This document shows, piece after piece, positions 19,631 through 29,495 of a stretch of 64,000 nucleotides of DNA. Position 1 is the stretch's first letter, and every line of letters begins with the position of its first letter. This DNA is from Acidimicrobiia bacterium (lineage in GTDB: Bacteria; Actinomycetota; Acidimicrobiia; Spongiisociales; Spongiisociaceae). The translations under genes and the position numbers were made by a program. Below the pieces are notes generated by a model. It was not told the DNA's origin. It saw only the letters and a program-made list of their open reading frames with translations, and searched no databases. Location: assembly GCA_041576165.1 (NCBI GenBank), contig JBFGLM010000010.1:48284-112283 (forward strand), read 5' to 3'.

Positions 19631-20062
19631 TCAGTTCATCAACAGTTCCACGGAGCGACGCAGAGAATCCCAAGCTTGCTGCAGCTCAGGCTCGACCTCG
19701 TCGCCGAGAGACTCCAGCGTCAATTCGAACTCCTGTAGTTCAGCTTCGAGATTGGGCAGCCCCAGCGTCCCGTCCTCGACCGAAGTGACAGCCTCGGTGA
19801 TCTCGGCCGAGAGCGCCGTCCACGCTTCGTTCAGTTCCTCCGCAGCAGCGGACTCCTGAATCTCGTTCGCCAGTTCGTTTACTTCGGCTTGAACCTCGGC
19901 GACCGCGCCGGCCGCGTTGAATTCGCCGGTCTCCGCCGCCGACTCGAGAGTGGTGTTGGTGGCGCCGGTAGTCGTTGTATCGCCTTCGGACGGTGAGTCG
20001 CCGCAGGCGGCAATAAGCATGAGGGCGGCCACCGCGAGGGCCACGAATCGCACGATCCTCAT
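19631..20062 (-). CDS. Small acidic helical lipoprotein, function unknown
   Basis: Lipobox LIAAC, Thr-rich tether and Glu/Ala-rich helices. AAAGGAG RBS and its own terminator. Confidence 0.8.
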   Translation of the reverse strand: MRIVRFVALAVAALMLIAACGDSPSEGDTTTTGATNTTLESAAETGEFNAAGAVAEVQAEVNELANEIQESAAAEELNEAWTALSAEITEAVTSVEDGTLGLPNLEAELQEFELTLESLGDEVEPELQQAWDSLRRSVELLMN

Positions 20063-20200
20063 GGTGAACTCCTTTCTAGCTACATCCGTTGTCAGAACGG
20101 GCCACCCCTCAGGGGCGGCCGCACATATCGACATACCCGGTCGGGGCGACACCCAAACACCCGAGCGCCATACTGTGAACGCCCTCAGAGTGGACAGGTC

Positions 20201-21283
20201 GTGAAAAGACGAGATCTCGGTTTAGCGGTAGTGGGTTCAGGTCGCATTGGATCACTGCGGGCACGACTGGCGTCCCAGCATCCCGCCGTCAGTTTCCTGG
20301 CAGTGTCGGACCGGGATCCAGGCGCGGCCCAAACGCTCAGAGATGCGGTGGGAGCTGACTTGTGGTCGGCCGAGAGTCGCGAGGTGATCTCCCACGGGGA
20401 AGTCACGTGCGTAATCGTTTCGACCAGCGAGGGCGAGCACGTCGACGCGGTCCTCGCCGCCCTGGAGTTGGGCAAACCGGTATTGGTCGAGAAGCCCATT
20501 GCCCTCACCCTGCCGGACGCCGATCGCATGGTTGCTGCCGCCCGGGCATCCGGCGGTCAGCTGCGAGTGGGATACAGCCGGCGGTTCCGCAAGCGATATC
20601 ACGTTGCCAAAGAGCAGATCGAGCAGGGCCGCATGGGTCGGCTACTGGGCGGCGCAGCCCGCGTGTACAACTCTCGGTCGCAGGCGTTCGCTATATTGGA
20701 GCGCAACCCTCGCGCAACGCCGGTCGTGGACGCCCTCACCTACTACGTGGACCTCATGAACTGGTTTCTCGCAGATCGGCACCTGGTCGAGGTCCGGGCC
20801 GTGGGACGTCGCGGGGTGTTGGAGGCGGCCGGTCACAACACCGATGATCTGACATGGTCCATCCTGACCTACGATGACGGCGCCGTCGTCAATCTGGGAG
20901 TGTGTTACGCGCTACCCGAGAAATATCCGGCGCTCGGACATGCGGCCCGCGTTGAGCTGCTCGGGACCGAGGGCGTGATGTTGCTCGACGACGACCACAC
21001 GGATCAGGTGATGTACTCGGAGCGTGGGGTCCCGCATGTGTACCTGCCCGATCACACCGTGAATGCGGTCTTCTTGTCCGCCGGTACACCTGGGGAGTGG
21101 GCGTTGGGTGATTTCATCGGTCCGGTTGCGGCGGAGACCCGCGCCTGGCTGGATCACTTGTCCACCGACAGGCCCTGCCACTTGGCGACGGCCGACGAAG
21201 CCCGGGCAACGCTCGAGGCGACGCTGGCGATAGAACGGGCTGCCGGTTCTGGGGAGACGGTCCTCCTGCCGATCGACGCGTGA
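20201..21283 (+). CDS. Gfo/Idh/MocA family oxidoreductase (paralog of 3498-4595)
   Basis: VVGSGRIG, VEKP, VGYSRRF, DDDHTDQ. Confidence 0.9.
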   Translation: MKRRDLGLAVVGSGRIGSLRARLASQHPAVSFLAVSDRDPGAAQTLRDAVGADLWSAESREVISHGEVTCVIVSTSEGEHVDAVLAALELGKPVLVEKPIALTLPDADRMVAAARASGGQLRVGYSRRFRKRYHVAKEQIEQGRMGRLLGGAARVYNSRSQAFAILERNPRATPVVDALTYYVDLMNWFLADRHLVEVRAVGRRGVLEAAGHNTDDLTWSILTYDDGAVVNLGVCYALPEKYPALGHAARVELLGTEGVMLLDDDHTDQVMYSERGVPHVYLPDHTVNAVFLSAGTPGEWALGDFIGPVAAETRAWLDHLSTDRPCHLATADEARATLEATLAIERAAGSGETVLLPIDA

Positions 21284-22335
21284 GCACCCGGTCGCCGTAT
21301 GATGCCCGCTCCGCACGAGAGGTGACGCAGCTGAAGATCGACGTTCACGCCCACGCGATCGAGCCATCCGCATTGGCAGAAATGGCCTCTTCCCATCCCG
21401 ACTGGGGCCCGGTGCTCGTGGCAGACGAGGATCGTAAATACCTGCAATACCCGGGACGAGCGCGCCTCGGTCCCTTGCCGGATTCGATCTTCGACCCGGA
21501 GCTGCGACTCGCGGCAATGAGCCGGCAACGGGTCGATCGCCAGATCATCGCGATCCCTCCACCCAACTTCCACTATCACATCCCAGGAGCGGCGGGGAAC
21601 GATTTCGCCCGCATTCAGAACGACCACCTCGTCCGCTTGTGTGAGTCGAATCCGGATCGCTTTCACGCCTTTGCGGCATTGCCGTTGCAGGACATCGAGG
21701 CCTCACTCAGCGAGATCGATCGGATTGCCGGGTTCCCTTTGGTGCGAGGAGTACAGATCGGTACGAACGTCAACGGGATGGAGATGGACGACCCCGCGCT
21801 GGGACCCGTGTGGGATGCGCTGCAAGCGAACGATCTTCCTGTTTGGTTCCATCCCGACCAGCGGTCGATCGCCGGCTCAGACCGGTTGTCCGACTATTAC
21901 CTGCAGAATTTCATCGGCCTTCCGCTCGAGTCGACCATTGCCGCAGCCCGCCTGATTTTCGGTGGGGTTATGGTGCGCTTTCCGGCGCTCCGCTTCGGCT
22001 TCGTACACGGGGGCGGCTTCGCCCCGTACCAGATCGGCCGCCTCGATCACGGCTGGCACGTTCGGCCTGAGCCCAAACAGCACCTCGCCGACCCCAAGCC
22101 GAGCGAGTTGTACCGGCGATTCTTCATCGATTCGCTCACACACGATGCGGCCTCCCTCGAGCTGTTGGGGAGAAGAGTCGGGTGGGATCAGGTGGTCCTG
22201 GGCAGTGACTTTCCATTCGACATGGCCTCGACCGACCCGGTCGGAGGCGTCGAAGCCGTCGATATGACCGATGCCGAACGCCAGGCTGTGTTCAGCGGTA
22301 ACGCCGAGCGCTTCCTGCGCCCGCTCGCTGGGTGA
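21280..22335 (+). CDS. Amidohydrolase_2 family protein (ACMSD-like)
   Basis: IDVHAH, WFHP, VHGGG, GSDFP. GTGA overlap. Confidence 0.9.
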   Translation: MSTRSPYDARSAREVTQLKIDVHAHAIEPSALAEMASSHPDWGPVLVADEDRKYLQYPGRARLGPLPDSIFDPELRLAAMSRQRVDRQIIAIPPPNFHYHIPGAAGNDFARIQNDHLVRLCESNPDRFHAFAALPLQDIEASLSEIDRIAGFPLVRGVQIGTNVNGMEMDDPALGPVWDALQANDLPVWFHPDQRSIAGSDRLSDYYLQNFIGLPLESTIAAARLIFGGVMVRFPALRFGFVHGGGFAPYQIGRLDHGWHVRPEPKQHLADPKPSELYRRFFIDSLTHDAASLELLGRRVGWDQVVLGSDFPFDMASTDPVGGVEAVDMTDAERQAVFSGNAERFLRPLAG

Positions 22336-23264
22336 GCCCCGTGCGGACGTCTTTCATAGGAGATCTCGAAGTTTCTGTCATCGGGCTCGGCTGCAACAAC
22401 TTCGGTCGGGCGCTCGATCTCGACGGCACCAAAGCGGTGGTCAACGCCGCGCTCGAAGCCGGCATCACCTTCTTCGACACGGCCGCCAACTACGGGGGCG
22501 GGCAGTCGGAGGCACTGTTGGGTGTTGCGCTCGGCTCGCGTCGGCGCGACGTGATTCTGGCCACCAAGTTCGGAATCCCCCGGCCTGACGAAGGCTCGGC
22601 CGGCGCGTCGCCCGAGTACATTCGCGGTTCTGTTGAGCGGAGCTTGCGGGCATTGAACACAGATGTGCTCGATCTGTATCAGATCCACGAGCCCGACCCG
22701 GACGTACCCATCGCAGAGACTCTCGGTGCCCTGTGGGAGCTGCAGGCAGCGGGGAAGGTCCGCGAAATCGGCTGCTCCAACTTCGACGTGGCTCAGACGG
22801 CGGCGGCGCTGGCGCATTCCGACGACTCCAACCGCCCTCGATTCGTGAGCAATCAGGTCCACTACAGCCTCGTGCACCGGGAACCTGAAAGCACCGGGCT
22901 CGCTCACCTCTGTCTCAGCGAGCGCGTCGCGCTGCTGCCGTATTATCCGCTGGCGAGCGGACTGCTCACCGGGAAAGCCCAGCGAGGAACGGTGCCGGAG
23001 GGACGGCTGAGCATGGATCGCTATCAGCGTTTCCTCACAGACCGGAACTTCACCGTGGCCGAGACGCTCGTCGTCTTCGCCCAGGCCCGGGGCATCACCC
23101 CCGGGCAGGCTGCCCTGGCGTGGTTGCTCTCCCGTCCGGCCGTCCCAGCGGTGACCCCGGGGGCGACGAAACCCGACCAGGTCGCGGCCAACGCGGCAGC
23201 CTCCAGAGTCCGCCTCGGAGACGGCGACATCGCAGATCTAGACGCCCTTGTAGGTTCTGCCTGA
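22332..23264 (+). CDS. Aldo/keto reductase
   Basis: GLGCNNFG, FDTAANYG, ATKFG, LYQIHEPD, IGCSNF. Confidence 0.92.
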   Translation: MSPVRTSFIGDLEVSVIGLGCNNFGRALDLDGTKAVVNAALEAGITFFDTAANYGGGQSEALLGVALGSRRRDVILATKFGIPRPDEGSAGASPEYIRGSVERSLRALNTDVLDLYQIHEPDPDVPIAETLGALWELQAAGKVREIGCSNFDVAQTAAALAHSDDSNRPRFVSNQVHYSLVHREPESTGLAHLCLSERVALLPYYPLASGLLTGKAQRGTVPEGRLSMDRYQRFLTDRNFTVAETLVVFAQARGITPGQAALAWLLSRPAVPAVTPGATKPDQVAANAAASRVRLGDGDIADLDALVGSA

Positions 23265-24043
23265 TGCACGCGTACCCAAGATCCGACGCCGACCCCCGGC
23301 CGCGAGGTCTGTTGGAGCGGACCGTCACAGTGCTTGAGGCTGTCACCGCGGCGGGCGTGCCCGTCGGGCCTCGGGGCCTGGCTCGGGCAACTGGGGTCGA
23401 TCGGAGCGCGGTCAGCCGCATACTGCAGCAGCTCACCGACCTCGGTGTCCTCGAGCGCAACGTATCCGGGTACGTCCCGGGGAGCCGGCTGTTCACAATG
23501 GCCAGGTTGCTGGTGTCGCTCGACAACCTTCCGACTGCGGCCAACGCAGTGCTCAAAGATCTCGTCGCTCGTTTCGATGAGACGTGCTACGTCTGCGTGC
23601 GCCACGGTGACACGGCCGTCTTCCTGTACGAGGCGCAGAGCTCCAAACCTCTTCGGTATGTGGTCGACCTTGGCCGGCCGGTGCCGCTCCATGCGGGCGC
23701 CGCCGGGCGGGCCATCCTGGCGGGAATGGACGAACATGAAAGGGTCGAGGCTCTCGCACACACCCGGCTCGTTGCTCTGACGGCGGCCACCATCACGGAG
23801 CCAGCGAAGCTGATCGATCTGGCCAACTCGGATGCAGTCCGCGGCTACAGCGCAAGCTTTGCGGAGCGGGTCGAGGGTGGAGTAGCGATCGGGTCGCCTT
23901 TCTTCGATCACACGAGCACATGCGCGGGCTCTGTCGTTTTTACCGCGCCGATCAATCGCGTCCCGGCCGGGCGGGTAGACGAGATCGGACGAGCGGTCGC
24001 CCAGGGTGCGGCCGTGCTGTCAGCTCGCTTGGGCAGGAGCTGA
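23264..24043 (+). CDS. IclR family transcriptional regulator
   Basis: N-terminal HTH (LARATGVDRSAVSRIL) and PLHAGAAGRAILA. TGATG overlap. Confidence 0.92.
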   Translation: MHAYPRSDADPRPRGLLERTVTVLEAVTAAGVPVGPRGLARATGVDRSAVSRILQQLTDLGVLERNVSGYVPGSRLFTMARLLVSLDNLPTAANAVLKDLVARFDETCYVCVRHGDTAVFLYEAQSSKPLRYVVDLGRPVPLHAGAAGRAILAGMDEHERVEALAHTRLVALTAATITEPAKLIDLANSDAVRGYSASFAERVEGGVAIGSPFFDHTSTCAGSVVFTAPINRVPAGRVDEIGRAVAQGAAVLSARLGRS

Positions 24044-24049
24044 CGCAGA

Positions 24050-25117
24050 GTGCGTGCCGCGCTGGTTGGCCTGGGGCGCTGGGCCGAGGCCCACATGGCC
24101 GCAGCTCGACGCTCGGAGCTAGTTGACATTGTTGCGTGTTTCACGCGATCTGAGGAGAAGCGGGCGGCGTTTGCTACGAAGCACGGGATTGAGGTCGAAG
24201 CGCCGTCGTACACAGCTCTGCTCGAGCACCCCGGCATCGACGCCGTCGTGCTGTCAACCCCCAACGACACTCACGTGACCATGACCCGGATGGCGCTTGT
24301 GGCGGGCAAGGCGGTCCTCGTCGACAAACCGGTCTCGGTCGACACTGCCGAAGGGCTGTCGCTGTTTCGTTCGATCGGAGCTGGCCCGCCGGTTGCAGTG
24401 GCCCACCACGCCCGGCGTCTGGCAGGGCACCGCGCCCAGAAAGGCTGGATCGAGTCCGGAGAGGCCGGTGAGGTGCGGATGGCTCAGGCGGCATTCTCCA
24501 ACATCCGAGGCGCGTCGATGGCGCCCGAAGCCTGGCATCGACACGTGCGGGGCTCGGAGGCGGGTGTGCTGATCCAGGTTGGTATTCATCATGTCGACAA
24601 CCTGCTTCATCTGCTTGGACCGGCGGTGACGGTCAATGCCCGCTTCGGCTACGGCGACCTCGGTCCGAGTATGCCGATAAGCGCCGCTGTGATCATCACG
24701 CATGCCTCGGGGTCGATCTCCACCGTGACCAGCAGCTGGACGTCGCCCAGCCAGTATCGCCTCGCCGTAGAGGCCACCCTGGGCACAACGGAATACACAC
24801 TCGACCACACCAAGTGGACCAGTGCCCAGGTCGACGCCGCCGGCAGGCTGGCGCTGGCTCCCGCCGGGGAGCCAAGTCACGTGTACCCGACCACCGCGGG
24901 CGACCCGCTGCGCGATCAGCTGGATGACCTGGCGCGGGCGCTGCGGGCGGACGTCTCGCCGGGGGTTACGGTGCTCGAGGGCCTGCGGGCAGTAGCAGTC
25001 GTCGAAGCCGCGGTCCGGTCGGCTGGGGATCTTGGGGCCCCTGTAGACATTGCGCGGATGATGGGTGAAGCCGGCGGAACCCCGGAAGAAATCGTCGCGC
25101 TCACCGGCGGTCAATGA
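24050..25117 (+). CDS. Gfo/Idh/MocA family oxidoreductase (related to 1232-2227)
   Basis: VGLGRWA, STPNDTH, VDKP. Confidence 0.88.
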   Translation: MRAALVGLGRWAEAHMAAARRSELVDIVACFTRSEEKRAAFATKHGIEVEAPSYTALLEHPGIDAVVLSTPNDTHVTMTRMALVAGKAVLVDKPVSVDTAEGLSLFRSIGAGPPVAVAHHARRLAGHRAQKGWIESGEAGEVRMAQAAFSNIRGASMAPEAWHRHVRGSEAGVLIQVGIHHVDNLLHLLGPAVTVNARFGYGDLGPSMPISAAVIITHASGSISTVTSSWTSPSQYRLAVEATLGTTEYTLDHTKWTSAQVDAAGRLALAPAGEPSHVYPTTAGDPLRDQLDDLARALRADVSPGVTVLEGLRAVAVVEAAVRSAGDLGAPVDIARMMGEAGGTPEEIVALTGGQ

Positions 25118-26295
25118 TCGCGGCGAGCGGGAGTGTGCCCGCTGGTCCGTGACAGGCCGTCAAAGGGACTGTCTGTGCCGATGACAACGCGATCGCCGCC
25201 AGCCGCGGTCGCGTCGGCTACCGCGTCGGAGGCTGCGTGCAGGGCCCGCTCCGGGTCGCTGGGGTAGACGAACGCCACTCCGATGGAAACAGTCACCTGC
25301 GTGTCCTCGCCGGGAGCGCCGCCCGGGATGACGATCGTCTTGATGGCCTCACGGATGCGGTTCAGCACAGAGAGCGTCTGATCGCTGCGCATGTTGCGCA
25401 GGAGCACACAGAACTCATCGGCGTCGAACCGGTAGATGGCATCGTGCTCACGGACTTGAGCTCTGAGCACATCTGCGACGGTTGCCACAACCTGATCTTC
25501 GATTGTCGGACCGAAGTCCTCGATCATCCGCCGGAAGTCATCAATGTCAAGCAGCGCCAGCGCCACGCTGGCCTGACGCCGGTCCACCCTGCGGAGGTCG
25601 GCTTCCAGCTGGCTGCGCTGGGAAAATCCCGTCACCCGATCCCGGCTGGCTTCGCTCTGCCGCCGAAGGTCATGGTGCGAGCGAAGTGCGTCGGCGACGG
25701 CTGGAGCCAGCCGCGACAGGACATGTTGTTCGGTGACCGTGAACGGCCGATCCGGGTCCCGCACCGCGACGAGCACGCCGGCCACTGCCTGGCCGAGCGT
25801 GACCGGTACGCCCAGCAGGGCGACCGAGCGGCCCCCGCCTGGCTGAGTTACGACGTTGGCAATCTGATTGCTCACGGCCACGTCGCGCACGAACCCCCGC
25901 TCATGTCCCGGGTTGATGACCAGAGTCCCAGAGCCGCGATCGATCACGAGCCTGCGGTCGTGGACGGGCACGAACGCTGCGCGTTCCGTGTCCAGCAGCT
26001 CGGCCGCCTGGCGCGCAGCGATGGCCGCGATCTGCTGTTCCGATTCGGCTCGCTGGAGCGCCGATGAAGCAGCTGTCAGCCGCTGCAACACCGGAGCGAC
26101 CACCCGGTCGGCCCGGCGGCGCCGATAGAGCAACCAGACGGCGGTTGCCAGGAAGATCAAGCCCAACAGGACGGTCTGCCACCCTGTGGCTGCGCCCGAA
26201 GCCGCCCACACCACCAGGGTTGCCAGGATCGTCAGGATCGCCAGGCTCGTCACGACGGCCGGCAACCCATCGGACACTCCGCCAAACCTGTCCAT
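25111..26295 (-). CDS. Membrane-anchored GAF + degenerate GGDEF domain protein
   Basis: 2 N-terminal TM helices, a GAF-like region, LLDIDDFR, REHD-AIYRF-DADEF, VTVSIGVA. Confidence 0.85.
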   Translation of the reverse strand: MDRFGGVSDGLPAVVTSLAILTILATLVVWAASGAATGWQTVLLGLIFLATAVWLLYRRRRADRVVAPVLQRLTAASSALQRAESEQQIAAIAARQAAELLDTERAAFVPVHDRRLVIDRGSGTLVINPGHERGFVRDVAVSNQIANVVTQPGGGRSVALLGVPVTLGQAVAGVLVAVRDPDRPFTVTEQHVLSRLAPAVADALRSHHDLRRQSEASRDRVTGFSQRSQLEADLRRVDRRQASVALALLDIDDFRRMIEDFGPTIEDQVVATVADVLRAQVREHDAIYRFDADEFCVLLRNMRSDQTLSVLNRIREAIKTIVIPGGAPGEDTQVTVSIGVAFVYPSDPERALHAASDAVADATAAGGDRVVIGTDSPFDGLSRTSGHTPARRDH

Positions 26296-26339
26296 TCTCA
26301 GCTATCGACTCCCGACGAGGGGCGGTGAAGGATTTTGGA

Positions 26340-28898
26340 TCACAGGCTCCAACGGGTCGGTTCGGCCGGGTCGTAGCAACAGAACCGGCCGGTCGATACA
26401 GACCGATCGAGGTGTTTGCCCAGGGCAGGGTGAAGATCCTCGATCTTGCGGATGGCGGAGCGGATCCGAGCGGTCACGGCCGATCGAGCTCGTTCGGCCG
26501 TGTCACCTTGTGGACGGGGTCGTCCGGCCAGGCCGTACGACTCGGCGACGTACTGGAGGAGTGAATCCAGCTCGACGCGCGCCCGCTCGGCCCGATGCGG
26601 GTCGTTGGCCATTTCGGCGTCGCCGATGACCGCCTCGAGATCCTCGATGCGCGCCTGGACCTGCTGTCGGGCCTCGTCGTCGACGGCACCTCCGAGATCG
26701 GACTCGACAACGCGAGCGCCCATGAGGTCCATGGCCGGAATCTCCCGGCCGGCTGCGCCGATCAGCGTGTGGAGGTCGCCGAGACCTTTGCTGTCTGGCA
26801 TCTGCACACTGGTCCCGGCGTAAGTGAGATTCCACAGATCACCTTGCTGCTGGAAGCGGTTCGCGGCGTCCGTGGCGACGCTGTGGCGCTCTATGTCTTG
26901 CTTGGAGCGGAGTTTTCGACCGATTTCGGCGATGCTGAGGGGTGCGGCGTCATCAGCATCGGGGACTGGGCCAACCCTGTTGAGTAACTCCTTCTCGTAC
27001 GTGCCGAGGGCGCTGGTTTCGTACACCGCAGAGGTGGCCGCCGTACGGCGCGCTGTCTCGAATTCACTGCGGCGGGCAAAAAGTGCCGCGGCGACGTCAA
27101 GCGCAAGAGTTATGTCGGTCCGGTTTCGCACACGGTCGTACTCGTGCAGGGAGATCTGGAGATGATCAGCTGCCTCGGAAAGTTCGCCGGAGAGCATCGA
27201 AGACACCGCCAGGTGGACGTGGGACGTAGCGATGGCCCACCAGTTGTTGACGGCCTCGGCGACATCGAGCACATCGGTGACGATGGATCGGGCTCGCAGC
27301 GGGTCCTCCCACATGGTGACCCATGCGAGGAACAGCGATACCCACGCATGCGACAGCGGATAGCGTTCGCCTTCCCGCCGCAACTCCTCGAGCTCTTGGA
27401 TTGCTCCGGCAACGTCGCCCTCGCGTCCTTTGGTAATCGCGCCGTGCATCGCCGCTTCGATGGCGATGGCCGGGTCGTTGAAGCTGCGTGCCAGCGCCGC
27501 CCCGGTGTTGAAATGTTCCAGCGCCTGGGCCCAGTTGGCGTCACTGCGAGCGAACTGGCCGAGTGTCCGATGCGCGTGGGCCGCCCCCATGCCGTCCGGC
27601 TGCTCCAAAGCTGAGCGAGCGGCTGATTCCGCCTCGGCCCGCCTGCCGGCGATGCGCTCCATTGCGGCGAGGATCCCGAGCAGCAGGCCTCGGTCGGCCG
27701 ACGGTTCCGTCCATTTGTCGAGTACCGCTCTGATCACGGCCGCGACCTCGGCCTGGTATCCGACGTCTTCCATCCACCACAATGGGCTGATCAGTGAGTA
27801 TGCCCGGCTCGGGGAATCGTCTCGCTCCAGGCAACGTTCCACTGCCCAGCGAATGGTGCGGAACGAGCCGCGCAACTCATGCGGTACTTCTGCGCTGGCC
27901 TCCCGGCTGAGCTCGCTCAGTTTCCGGGATCGCTCAGCCAGATGGGTGATGAGCCTTTGCTCAACTGCGAGTGCCTCGCCGGAGACCGCGAGCCGTTCGG
28001 CGGCGAAGGTACGGATCGTGTCGAGGAGGCGGTACCACGAGCGACCTGCTACCGGCTCGAACACGAGCAGCGACTGTTCAACAAGCGCAGAGAGGTCATC
28101 AATGATGGCGGCCGGCCGGCCCATCACGTAACCAGCCATCTCGGCGGTGAACGGACCCGGGAACACGGCCAGCCGGTTGAGCAACCGCTGCTTGCCCGGG
28201 TCCAGTAGGGCGTAGGACCAGGCGATCGCTGCGGCCAAGCTCTGGTGACGGTCCGGCACAGAACGGCGGGGTGAAGACAAGACGTCCAGGCGGGCAGCCA
28301 GGTTGGCCGCCATCTCCGCCGCCGTCATGGAGCTCGAGCGGGCCGCGGCCAGTTCCAGCGCAAGCGGTAGGCCGTCCAGGCGCCGGCACAGATCGATGAT
28401 GTCGGCTTCGGCGTCGCGCAGATTCACGCCGCGGCGGGCGGCCGCTTGCCGGAACAGCTCGACGCCGGGTGAGTCGAATCCGTCCACCGGCAGCGGCCGC
28501 AGCCGGATCACGTATTCGCCGTCAACGTTGAGGGGCTCTCGACTGGTGGCCAGAACTCGAATGCCCGGGTTTAGGGCGATGAATCCCTCGGCCAGCCGCA
28601 CGGCAGCCCCCACGATGTGCTCGCAGTTGTCCAGGATGATCAGGCGCGGTTCGCGCTGGAGGGCTTCCGCCATCTTGGCGTAAGCACTGAAGCCGGACGC
28701 ACCCGCGACCTGTTCTTTTAGGCCGCCCGGTTCGAGCGGCGCCAACAGCGCAGTGACGTGTGGCTCGCTCCTGCGCTCGACGGCAGCGAGTGCGAGGCTG
28801 GTCTTGCCCACGCCGCCCGGTCCAGTGATTGTGACCAGGCGAGCCCTGTCTAGCGCGTCCCCAACAGCTGCGATCTCCGCATCGCGACCGATCAACAT
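26340..28898 (-). CDS. STAND-type (NB-ARC-like) ATPase with TPR-like repeats and a C-terminal putative DNA-binding domain
   Basis: GPGGVGKT, IILDNCEH, ATSREPL, LDGLPLALELAAA, and C-terminal ERARSAVTARIR...TGRFCCY. Confidence 0.88.
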   Translation of the reverse strand: MLIGRDAEIAAVGDALDRARLVTITGPGGVGKTSLALAAVERRSEPHVTALLAPLEPGGLKEQVAGASGFSAYAKMAEALQREPRLIILDNCEHIVGAAVRLAEGFIALNPGIRVLATSREPLNVDGEYVIRLRPLPVDGFDSPGVELFRQAAARRGVNLRDAEADIIDLCRRLDGLPLALELAAARSSSMTAAEMAANLAARLDVLSSPRRSVPDRHQSLAAAIAWSYALLDPGKQRLLNRLAVFPGPFTAEMAGYVMGRPAAIIDDLSALVEQSLLVFEPVAGRSWYRLLDTIRTFAAERLAVSGEALAVEQRLITHLAERSRKLSELSREASAEVPHELRGSFRTIRWAVERCLERDDSPSRAYSLISPLWWMEDVGYQAEVAAVIRAVLDKWTEPSADRGLLLGILAAMERIAGRRAEAESAARSALEQPDGMGAAHAHRTLGQFARSDANWAQALEHFNTGAALARSFNDPAIAIEAAMHGAITKGREGDVAGAIQELEELRREGERYPLSHAWVSLFLAWVTMWEDPLRARSIVTDVLDVAEAVNNWWAIATSHVHLAVSSMLSGELSEAADHLQISLHEYDRVRNRTDITLALDVAAALFARRSEFETARRTAATSAVYETSALGTYEKELLNRVGPVPDADDAAPLSIAEIGRKLRSKQDIERHSVATDAANRFQQQGDLWNLTYAGTSVQMPDSKGLGDLHTLIGAAGREIPAMDLMGARVVESDLGGAVDDEARQQVQARIEDLEAVIGDAEMANDPHRAERARVELDSLLQYVAESYGLAGRPRPQGDTAERARSAVTARIRSAIRKIEDLHPALGKHLDRSVSTGRFCCYDPAEPTRWSL

Positions 28899-28946
28899 CC
28901 CTTGAATCCTCGCGAACTACACGCGGCCGCCGCAGCCTCTTTGTGA

Positions 28947-28974
28947 TGTCACCCGATTCCCTACGGCGGTCGTC
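28947..28974 (+). promoter_or_regulatory. Candidate ECF-type promoter upstream of the sigma operon
   Basis: TGTCAC-N18-CGTC. A CGTC-type -10 is common in ECF promoters. Weak evidence. Confidence 0.3.
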
Positions 28975-29102
28975 AGTACCAATGGAGCCCATACTGGACG
29001 TATCGTGCAACTGGGCGCATGCTCGAATTGTGATGGGACCGCTGCGGGGTGGGTTGCACGCGCACCGCAAATGGGTTCCTGACTTTCTTCGGGAGGAAAC
29101 AC

Positions 29103-29495
29103 ATGAAGTGGTGGGTGCTCGAGCTGATCACCTTCGGGGTTCTGGTGGCAATCACCCTGCTGCTGGGACCGCTCATCAAACGGTTCGGACGGGCGTACGC
29201 AGCAGACGTGTTTCGGGCCAATCCACGGACCGGCAAGAGTTACATCGTCTTGATGGACATCGCGTACTACCTGATCTTCACGGCGTACATCCTGTTCACC
29301 ACCGTGTTTGAGCGCCAGTCCGGCTGGAGCGAGACAGTCAGCGCCGATCAGCTCCGGGTCAGCACGGTACGCCTCGGCGCCCTGCTCCTCATCATGGGCG
29401 TGCTGCACGGCGCCAACGTGCTGAGCCTGCCGATCGTCGGGAGGCTGCTTGGTCTCAGCCGTCGCCTCGACGACGACACCGCAGAAGCTGCATGA
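29103..29495 (+). CDS. Small 3-TM membrane protein, paralog of the downstream anti-sigma membrane domain
   Basis: GGAGG RBS, three hydrophobic helices, GPLIKRFG...DIAYYLIFTAYI...RLGALLLIMGVLH. Confidence 0.85.
   Translation: MKWWVLELITFGVLVAITLLLGPLIKRFGRAYAADVFRANPRTGKSYIVLMDIAYYLIFTAYILFTTVFERQSGWSETVSADQLRVSTVRLGALLLIMGVLHGANVLSLPIVGRLLGLSRRLDDDTAEAA

Noticed and set aside
28943-29311. Alternative 122-aa ORF overlapping the small membrane gene
   Set aside because: It is out of frame with the RBS-supported, paralog-supported gene at 29103 and has no recognisable features.
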